Origin: Podarcis vaucheri
Lineage: Eukaryota
Strand: one strand, 5' to 3'
Assembly (NCBI GenBank): GCA_965113315.1
Contig: OZ220363.1
DNA length: 64,000 nucleotides
Each line of letters opens with the position of its first letter. Positions within the stretch are counted from its first letter, which is position 1. Shown one piece after another: positions 44,332 through 53,668 of this stretch. The notes under the pieces were generated by a model that searched no databases, was not told where the DNA came from, and was given only the letters and a program-made list of their open reading frames with translations. The translations under genes and the position numbers were made by a program.

Positions 44332-45400
44332 TAGCTGGGGAGGAGGAAGACACCCTAAGCAACAGCTTATGCTGAGGGAGCATATGTCATGAGTCTCCAT
44401 GAGTCTGATTCTTAATAAAACTGCTAGCTGCAAGTTTCCTGTCTGGCCTTGTCTCTCTCTGATCTTCGCTGAACTGTGCTACATGTCAGCGCTTCCCCGT
44501 GACAGCTGAAATATAAAAATATAACCTGGATTTTTCAAATAAAGATTTTAGGAATGTGTTGTAATTTATTTCAGGTTGGCTGAAACATTAATATAACCTG
44601 TTTTTGCTTATGGTAATTTGGCCCAATTTGGCCTGCAAGGCCATTTCCCTCCAACCCACACAACCACTGGTCACAAGTGTCGTCAGAAGACAGGGTTTAA
44701 TCCTGCATTTGGCCGTACACCCTGTTCCCAGTAGGGAACAGGATCATACAGCCAAGGGAGCAGGCTTTAATCCCTACTCATTAGCTGATGGGTGGAGTTT
44801 AAAGCTCTTTCCAGAAGTGCTGTTTGAAGGAGGTCACACTTCTTCTTTTTTTACTCCACTGGGGTCGTGGCAGCAGGATGAGGGAGAGGAGTCTCCCCCT
44901 CCACCCCACTGAGACGGCCTGCCCACAAGCTAAAAGGAGGAGCATTGCAAACACCGCTTTTCCAAAGTGTTTTAAGGCAGCCTCCAGTAATAAGCAGTAC
45001 TTCATATGCACGTTGGCTGATGGCAGGGTGATCCTGACTGGTCTGGATGCATGTGAGAACTCTCTGCAGGGAACTCTCTCACACACACCTGAACCTGCTC
45101 AGGTAGGTTTTCCGCATGGCAGACAGCAAGGTCCTGCTAACAGGAAGATTTTTTCCTTTAAAATGAAGCGGGGGGGGGAGGGGACTTTCCGTTAGCTACA
45201 CCTTGCTACCTGCTGCTTTCAGGACTTCAAAACACCAGATCCCCTGATGTAATTTGTGACATTAGTTGATGGATAAGGATCTGGCTTGTGGAGCCAAAAA
45301 GGTTCCTCATCCATGTCCTAATATTACAAATTATAAAAGATGCTGCACCCCAATTGGAAAGCAACAGAAACACAGAAAATGCATATCAAATAAAGCCACT

Positions 45401-45639
45401 AGTCGTACCTTGGATCCCGAATGCCCTGGAACTCGGACGTTTTGGCTCCCAAACCCCACAAACCCAGAAGTGATTGTTCCGATTTGCAAATGTTCTTTTG
45501 GAACCCGAATGTCCGATGGGGCTTCCGGGGCTTCTGAAGCTGCCTGCAGCCAATCAGAAGCCGCGATTTGGTTTTCGAATGTTTTGGAAGTCGAATGGAC
45601 TTCCGAAACGGATTCTGTTCAACTTCCAAGATATGACTG
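45401..45639. mobile_element. Tc1/mariner-type MITE about 95 bp upstream of the last ACTN1 exon
   Basis: Inverted ends AGTCGTACCTTGGA / TCCAAGATATGACTG-TA. Confidence 0.7.
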
Positions 45640-45701
45640 TATTTAATATGGAAATAATTACAATTTACATTAATAAAATTGTGCCTGCCTCATCTAGTTA
45701 A

Positions 45702-45893
<192 letters not shown>

Positions 45894-46428
45894 CTATTAC
45901 CTATCTATCCACCACACATCCTTACCCTCTCCCATCCAGGAGCACTTTTCTTTCTGTTTGCAAAACGGGCTCTGCTCTGCCTTTTCTCTCCCCTCCCCCC
46001 TGTCCTTCCTGTTTCCACTTCAGATCCCAGATCCCATTTGGGGTGGGGGCAGCAGAGGGGGAAATGTTGAAATGAAACAGTTTACCATGCCCCTAAAAGA
46101 TGACGGTTTACAAAATTATTTTCTGCAGAAAAAGAAGTTACATATCAGCAAACGTATTTTATTACAGAAAAAAAGTATTTTTCTCCAAGATTGACGCGTA
46201 AATAGAAAATGTTAAAAGTATTACACAAAATGTATACGGTTTGTTTTTCTTCTTCTTGCCATTCAGACATAGGAAATGGAGTTCCGTGTTGCGTTCCATC
46301 CTAAGATTCCCAAGCCCAGCGCCACTCCCCCCCCACCTGTCTCTATTTCCTTATCACATTTATTTTGAGAGGCGGAGGCACACAAGTGCATGTATTGCTG
46401 GTTCACTTGTTTCATGAAAATATTTTAC

Positions 46429-46460
46429 AATAAAACTTTTTGAAATTGCTGTGTTTTTTA
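46429..46460 (+). terminator. ACTN1 polyadenylation signal with downstream GU/U-rich element
   Basis: First AATAAA after the stop (46429-46434), upstream TGTA, downstream TGTGTTTTTT; implies a 3' UTR of about 550 nt. Confidence 0.75.
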
Positions 46461-47126
46461 GGGAAAAATAATGTACACAGCTCATGTTTTCATATTTAAT
46501 TAAAATTGCAATATGCCTACTTTGTGTTGTTGCTGAAAGTTGTCTGGTTTCCAAACATGGCGCTTGAGAGTTGGCATCTTTGATATTGCTTGTCACAGAC
46601 CATATTAAAAAGAAAACTTATTGTGATAACAAATCTAGACTTCATTCTTTTGTCTAGTTAACTTGTTTCTCTATAACCAGAAAGGCTTTCCAACACTGTT
46701 CAGAATGCATTGGTCGCTTGGAGGGTTTTTTGTATATTATTCTGATGTTCATGTTTTTACCTGTTTTCTTAAATGCAAGACACCAAAGTGCTTTCCCCTC
46801 CTCCACTCTGCTTTGGAATTGTATTGATGTTTACGTGGCTGGTATTACTTCTTCAAATGGAGATAATCTTAAGATAACGAAAGATAAACTTGGACCAAAC
46901 ATGAAGTATGCAAATTGCTGGAACTTGCAGCTTTTTTCCAGCAAAGAAATAATTAGCAGTCAATTTTCCTGTTTTAAAGAAGGTTTTTAAGTGACTGACA
47001 ACAGTCTTATACATGTCTTACTCAGAAGTCCATGGAGTTCAATGGGACTTCCAGCTAAGTGGGTATAGGACTGCAGTCTTACAGCATGTTCCTATGCAAG
47101 TTTACTCAACGTAAAGCCACACTGTA

Positions 47127-47360
47127 CAGTCATACCTTGGGTTGCGAACGCTACAGGTTGTGCGTTTTCAGGTTGTGGACCGCTCGAAACCCAGAAGTAC
47201 CGGAACGGGTTACTTCCGGGTTTCGGTGCTCGCGCATGTGCAGAAGCACCAAATCACGTCATACGTGTGCGCATACGCGGTGCTGCAGGTTGCGAACGTG
47301 CCTCCCGCATGAATCACAACCCGAGGCATGACTGTATTCACAACCCGAGGTATGAATGTA
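47127..47360. mobile_element. Tc1/mariner-type MITE with duplicated right end, nested in an older short palindromic repeat
   Basis: TA-CAGTCATACCTTGGGTTG ... CAACCCGAGGCATGACTG-TA followed by a second TCACAACCCGAGGTATGAATGTA. Confidence 0.75.
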
Positions 47361-49477
47361 TTTAGTGTGTCTTGCTCTTAGGTAAATGTGCATAGGATTT
47401 CAGCCTTAATTTTATAAATACACTAATCTTATTTGATGAGCCACTGCATTATTTCCAATCCTAGGCATTGGAAGATATGAAATCCACATCTTCCCCTGCC
47501 CCCAATGTACAATTGGCTTTAAAGCAATTGTTTTCGAAACCAATAAATTTTGTGTGTTTAGTTTGTCTTGGGATGTTCTTCCAGCTTTTGTGTATGTTTT
47601 TGTTCTCGTATCCACATCTCTGTAGGTGTATCAACATATTCTTAAACACAGGGGTGAGGGGGAAAGGGAAGCTTTGAAGGACGGTGAATAGAAACCTGAA
47701 GATTTTACAAGAGGAAGTACCACTGTGAAAAGCTGGCAGCACTGTGCTGAAGTGTCTGTTTAAAGACACACATTCTCTCTCATCTTTGTTAGGAACAAAT
47801 GTTTTTCTCTATTGCCAGTTTTTCCCCAAAGGTATCTGAGCCTGTGTAAATGATCGGGATTCTTGCTGCAGTACTGTAATTTAATTGTTGTTCCAAGAAC
47901 AAGATCCCTATTGAGCAATAATCTGCAAATTCACACGGGACACCTATATTTGTCTGTGGTTATCCAAGTAGCACGAAGGCTGGTTAATAAGAACTTTGCT
48001 TCAGAGTACCCTCACTTTTAAATTTTGCTGTGATGGTATCAGTTTATTATTTAACTGGAAGGCCATTACAATATTGTATACAAATACAGCAGCAGCAATA
48101 AAATTAAAATATTTTGCTTCTAGCAGGCCTTTTATGCATGTTTTAAAACATCTTTGAGAAATTAGCTTCTTGACAATTCACTACCTTTCTGCACATACCC
48201 ACTTCAGCTGCTTTACTTTCATACTATATGTATCTCAGGTGAACAAAATGATTTCTACTCCGTTCTCTCATTGGCATTTGGTCTGCAGCCTATAAGGTCG
48301 AATATACCGTAAATTTCCCCTAAGGCACAACACACATCTTTAGTAGTACTGGAGAATCATCTCTTATTCTCTGTAATCCTGCACCTTACTGAAATTCCCT
48401 TTTCCACTCAGGTATGTATATGTGTATACAGTATATACCCACAGGTCTCAGGGCAGTTAAAGATGCAGAAACACTCCTCTTTTTCACCTGCCCATTATGA
48501 AATCTAAGCATCCAAAAGGCCCTTTGGAGGGAAATATATATTCAGTGCTGCAGCTCCAGTGGCACAATAGATGTGCGCAAAACAAAGCTTTCTCTTCCTC
48601 TCCTGCCCGCCACCCCGTGTTCATCTGGAGCAGATTGGGGATGGGGGAATGAGAGGGTACGGCAGTCCCTAAGGCTGAGCATCAGAAGAGGAGGAAACTG
48701 GGAGTATCATCTGATAAACCTCAGCTGCAGAGAAAGGCTGGTGGATAAAAGGAGGAGTAGCCAGAACTGGTTTGAGGCCTATTAATGTGGGAGGGGCAGA
48801 AGCTGAGATGTTGCTGATAGGGCATTCTAGGAGCTATGGGACAGGATGGGAGGTAGCAGCAGGTGGCTGAATAGTACAGACCTGTCTGCTAGAACTAACA
48901 GTGGAAGAGCCAGAAGGATGTTAGCTGAGCTGTTTCTACAGAGCTTGGGGGTGGGCACTGTGGCATGCCATATGCTGCCATGCATTTTTACCCATCTTCT
49001 GAGAAGATGAGTGCAGGGATGCTAACATCCCACTACTATTTTGAAAGGTGAGTTTGGTGAGACTCCATAGTTGTTGTTGTTATTAATTATCAGTCATAAA
49101 ATTTATATGTCATCCTCCACCCAAAGATCACAGGGATGTTACAGTATAAAAATACAAAATACATATCATAATAACAAAAAATACATACACACACACACAT
49201 TCTCCAAGCAGACAAACTTGCAGGCCCAGAGCAAAGCCTAAGCTCTTCTCTACTCCCACCATCTTGCCCCTCAGGAGGCAGAGGACCCTGTTGCACCTTT
49301 GCTGACAGGTTGAACGGGAGGCTGAGGATACAATATTTCCCACCATGTACAGGTAATCTTACTGGATTAGGCAGTATCAGTCAAAGGGGTCTCTTGGACG
49401 GAGGGCAGCAGTAGCCACTATTAAACAGTGTCCCCAAGTATGTTGGTGTTACCAGTTGGGCAGAATTTTGCTAACCT

Positions 49478-49836
49478 CACGGGTGGTGCTGTGGTCTAAA
49501 CCACTGAGCCTAGGGCTTGCCAATCGGAAGGTTGGTGGTTCAGATCCCCACGACAGGGTGAGCTCCTGTTTGCTCGGTCCCCGCTCCTGCCAACCTAGCA
49601 GTTCGAAAGCACGTCAAAGTGCAAGTAGATAAATAGGTACCCCCCCCCAGCAAGAAGGTAAACAGCATTTCCGTGCGCTGCTCTGGTTTCGCCAGAAGTG
49701 GCTTAGTCATCCTGGCCACATGACCAGGAAAAACTGCAGACAAATGTCAGCTCCCTCAGCCACTAAAGAAAGATGAGCGCCACAACCCCAGAGTCGTTCG
49801 CGACTGGACTTAACTGTCAGGGGTCTTTTACCTTTT
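49478..49836 (+). mobile_element. Sauria SINE, older copy
   Basis: Colinear with 34459-34820 (CCTAGGGCTTGCC, CCTAGCAGTTCGAAAGCAC, AGTAGATAAATAGGTACC, TTTACCTTT tail) with CpG decay. Confidence 0.88.
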
Positions 49837-49883
49837 TATAAAACAATCAGTAAAGTTGGGGTGAAAATTTGGTAAACGGGGGA

Positions 49884-49906
49884 CACACACACACACACAC
49901 ACACAC
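49884..49906. repeat. (AC)n microsatellite
   Basis: Run of AC dinucleotides. Confidence 0.9.
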
Positions 49907-50354
49907 TGTCAGCTCCAGGTGCCTGGCTCTGCTTATGTAAACCAGCAATTTCTTTCCTCATTCCACACTATCCTGATCCACCAGATTCTATCTTTACAAC
50001 CCATGATTTACCAGGCACCAATCATAGACCGGTATTTTGTAATTTTAATCCTGGCAGTGCTATAATGCCAGTATTTACATTTCCCAGTATAGATAGATGA
50101 CTGCCAGTTACCCCAATGGGGCATAAATAAAATGCTTGTCTGTCTGTCTGTCTGTCTGTATCTCTGAGGCCAGAGAACCGCACACATCCTCTCTTAAGAT
50201 CCCAGCACATTGGTGCTCTCTGCTCACCTGTAGCCTGTCATTTGGTGGCATGGAAGTAAAGAAGCAAGCTTCCAAGTAAGCCCTCAATATTATGACTAGG
50301 TGAAAATGTGTAACAGATTTCTGTGGTATTTGTCATGTACACCGAGAAATGTTT

Positions 50355-50470
50355 GGAGTCCACCCAGTTCCACACCAGCTACTCTATCAGGGCAACAGCT
50401 CCCCAGGGTTTCAGACAGGCACCTTCCCAGACCTGCCTGGAGATTGGGAACTTCGGCATAGCAAGCAGCA
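50355..50470 (-). mobile_element. Degraded squamate tRNA-SINE (Squam3-like) fragment
   Basis: GGCAACAGCTCCCCAGGGTTTCAGACAGG..TTCCCAGACCTGCCTGGAGAT matches the recalled reverse complement of the Squam3 body. Confidence 0.55.
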
Positions 50471-51620
50471 CTGTGGTCATTTCCCAATGCCTATAAAAAC
50501 AAGGCCACCTTTGTCAGTCACGGAGTACTTGGCTGCACACGTTGGTGAAAAGAAAAGGAGCCATTTGTATGCAGGGAATCAACAAGAGATTCTTATCACA
50601 GCCAATTCATATACACTTTGGCAAAGAAGAAGCCACTTAATTGTGGTTGTGCTATCACATGCAGCATTAGTACAGTCTGTGACTGGCAGGACCTATGTGG
50701 GCCAAGAGAATGTTACTCCACACACCAGTTATTACATTTATTGTCCATTTGGCACAGTAGTGATATGAAAAGTCTCTGCCCATCCTCAGCTTACGCAATG
50801 GTTTGCAATGGGTTGGGAAAAACCAATATGGTGGCATCCTTTTATGGAGCAACCTGCTATGTATGTGGCAACCAGTTATGTTTTGGAAAGCCAAGGTTTA
50901 GGTTTATTAACTTTGTATATTGCTCCCCACTAAAAAAAATCCCGAAGTGATTTACAGTAAAAAAAAAATGCAATTAAGAAATTTTAAAAATGGTATTTAA
51001 AAACTGATGTAACAATATCATACAATATCACTGACGTTGCCGAAATGCCTGGGAAAACAAAACTGTCTTTGCCTCGTGCCAAAACTGGGGAAACCATTCC
51101 TCAGAGGCCGCGTACCTCAGAAAGATCTGAAGTAGTCTTGTTAAAACAAAGCAACAAAATCTTCTGACCTATTTTGATAAGGAAATGCTGTGTTGCATAT
51201 TTAGCTTTTAGTGATGTGGAAATGTTGAAAAGCCTGTGTGCCAACTGTGTTCATTAATATGTAATGAGGCACAACATCTTGGTTCTACTCCCCCCACCCT
51301 GTAATCTTTCTTGCACAACATTTACCCCAGATCAAAATATCAGACAGGTGACAATTCTCGTGCATTTGCCTTCCTGCGCCACCCTCAAAGTATTAATGCA
51401 AAATAGAGAGAAAGGCATTTTATAATCATTTGAATGAAATTGCTTTGTTTTGATTTAGGCTATTGGTCTGTGAGCATCTGCAAGGGGGGCAGTCACTCCC
51501 TCTTCCCTGGGATGAACCACAATCACTAGATTCCCAGCTTTTTTCTTTTTTAAAAGGGTATAGAATCCCATCCCCCACCCCTTCCCCATGAGCTAGGGGC
51601 AAGTAACAATATATTTATTA

Positions 51621-51851
51621 GTAGATAGGTAGCCGTGTTGGTCTGCCATAGTCAAAATAAAAAAAATTCCTTCCAGTAGCACCTTAAAGACCAACTAAGT
51701 TAGTTCTTGGTATGAGCTTTCGTGTGCATGCACACTTCTTCAGATACACTTCTATATATACCAAGCTCATACCAAGTAATACCATAGCTCATACCAAGAA
51801 CTAACTTAGTTGGTCTTTAAGGTGCTACTGGAAGGAATTTTTTTTATTTTG
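51621..51851. mobile_element. Penelope-like retroelement terminal-repeat insertion with inverted arrangement
   Basis: 13-bp TSD AATATATTTATTA (51608-51620 and 51852-51864); perfect 67-bp inverted repeat 51652-51718 / 51786-51852; GTAGCCGTGTTGGTCTG..GCACCTTAAAGACCAAC is typical of reptile Penelope ends. Confidence 0.85.
51710..51747 (-). ncRNA. Minimal type I hammerhead ribozyme motif (Penelope-associated)
   Basis: Minus strand GUAU-CUGAAGA-A-GUGUG(CAUG)CACAC-GAAA-GC-UC^AUAC: both core boxes, stem II, 4-bp stem I, palindromic AGCU stem III. Confidence 0.8.
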
Positions 51852-52109
51852 AATATATTTATTAATCTGCCATGCCTCTGGTAATTATATAGCTACAGTA
51901 TTATAAACAAAAGCCCTTTGTATCACTTCAGGAAGAAAACGCAGCTCAGGCTTTCAGCAGGAAATAATTCAAAGTAAGCTTTTTTTTTTATGGCTTGAAA
52001 GCACCCAACTGCAGCGAAGGACAAGGACCTTAGCTTGCATACGTAAACACTGTGCACAAGGAGAGCCCGGCAGCTGCTCTGGATGAATTAGCCTGGCAGA
52101 GAAGCATGG

Positions 52110-52870
52110 TTTGTATCCCCGCCCGCACTGACGTCCTGAAATGGCGCAATCGCCATTCGCGAGAGCCGATTGCCTAAGCTCTCTCCCTCGGAAGGACAAC
52201 ACCTCCCGGCCTGCCTCTCTACCAAGCCCCGCTCTCCACAAGGCCCCTTCGCGACGGCAGCCGCCTACAACTCCCAAGCGGGGCAGCGGACCCTCCATTC
52301 GCGTCCAGCAAAGGCGTTCAAACCGCGGCCTCTGGCGCGTTGCCTTCTGGGAGTCGCAGTCCGCAAGCCGGTTGGAGAGAAAGGGGGCTTTGCGCAGTCG
52401 CAGCCGCCTTCTCCGCGGCTCCTCCTCAGGGAAGTAGCGCCGCCATTTTCTCTGGCGGACTGAAGCGAGCGTCGCGTCCGCACACGGGAGGTAAGCGAGT
52501 TTCGTTGGACGCTGGCACCGCCGGCGAGTGCGCGGTTTTCCTCACCCGGGAGAGGGGCCGAGCCGGAGCAGGGGCGGGTGGGAGAGCGAGGCGGCCTGTG
52601 GCGTCGGGGAATAAGAGCCAGCGGGCTCCGTTTTATCTGCTGTGGTAAACGGAGCGGAGCCAGGCTGCGAGGCCGAAGCTCCGCCTTGCCTGGGCCCTGC
52701 GCGGCGCCCGTTCCCTGCATTGGGTCCCGGGTGAGGACTCCCTCTCCCCACATCCCCCCCCCCAGGCGCCCCCTCGTCTTCGTCTCCACTTCTGTCGAGC
52801 ATCTGCCGTTAACACTCTCGTTCTTTTCCCCTTCCCTTTTCCCTCCCTGCCTTCTGCTCCCGAACCGCTT
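52110..52870 (+). promoter_or_regulatory. CpG-island, TATA-less promoter of the SRSF5-like gene
   Basis: GC/CpG-rich; GC box 52117-52124, TGACGTC 52129-52135, ZNF143-like motifs 52265-52277 (+) and 52347-52360 (-), YY1 CCGCCATTTT 52440-52449. Confidence 0.88.
52430..52490 (+). other. SRSF5A: Probable non-coding exon 1 of the SRSF5-like gene (start approximate)
   Basis: YY1 initiator-type motif followed by strong donor GAG|GTAAGC at 52490/52491. Confidence 0.7.
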
Positions 52871-52884
52871 TTGCATCCCTCCAG

Positions 52885-52942
52885 ATCGGGCCTTGCAAGC
52901 GCATCTCAGCAGCCGAACTTTTCATCCATTTCCACTCAAAAG
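52885..52942 (+). other. SRSF5A: Candidate additional 5' UTR exon (58 nt)
   Basis: About 70-nt pyrimidine tract + CCAG| ... AAG|GTAATG; contains no ATG. Confidence 0.5.
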
Positions 52943-53542
52943 GTAATGATTGAGACGGACGATGAAGGAGCAGATTTGTTTTTGTTTTTGACCCTCCTCA
53001 CGATCTCTCTCTCTCTCTCTGGACATTTATATTTTTGTGTGCACGCGAAAATGTCTTTATTATTCCGCCCCTGTTTTTTTTGGTAGGTATGTCATGAAAA
53101 GGAGGCTGAACGGCCTCTGATGCAGAAACATCATGAATCCTAAACTTGTTATCTGCTAAGGTGTTGCCTTATCTACTACCAGCTTCTTTTGGTGGAGCGT
53201 AGTGGCTTTTGACTTACACAAGAGCTCAGTTTGAAGGGTTTCTATGCTCCCAACACCAGTGGGAGTTGGCGCCAAGTGAGAGATGGTTTTAATTATTTAT
53301 TTCTATGCAGTGGATGTTTGACTACGTTTTGAGAGTGTGCATTGGGTACATTTGTGATAAAACTATACTCTAAAGTTGTTTGCATCTATATTGGCATGAT
53401 ATAGTGTTTTAAGAAATATGTTTTAAACACTGTCCTCAGTTGTCTCTTCTGTCCAACATCTGTGGGACTGAATTTTAGTAATGATATAATAAAATACCTA
53501 ACGTGAACACAAAAACTTAATTTTTTTGCAGCTTAGGCTAAA

Positions 53543-53668
53543 ATGAGTGGCTGTCGTGTCTTCGTTGGACGTCTAAGTCCACATGCTCGGGAGCGAGATG
53601 TGGAGAAATTTTTCAAGGGATATGGCCGTATACGTGAAATCAATCTGAAAAACGGCTTTGGTTTTGTG
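53543..53668 (+). CDS. SRSF5A: SRSF5-family splicing factor (srsf5a-type) first coding exon, RRM1 (MSGCRVFVGRLSPHARERDVEKFFKGYGRIREINLKNGFGFV)
   Basis: Acceptor at 53530-53531, ATG 53543, donor GTG|GTAGGT; RNP2/RNP1 motifs. Family certain; the a-type assignment is from recalled sequences. Confidence 0.92.

Noticed and set aside
52265-52876. 203-aa minus-strand ORF and other overlapping ORFs in the CpG island
   Set aside because: Stop-poor GC-rich sequence yields Arg/Gly/Pro-rich ORFs in all frames; no domain or splice support.
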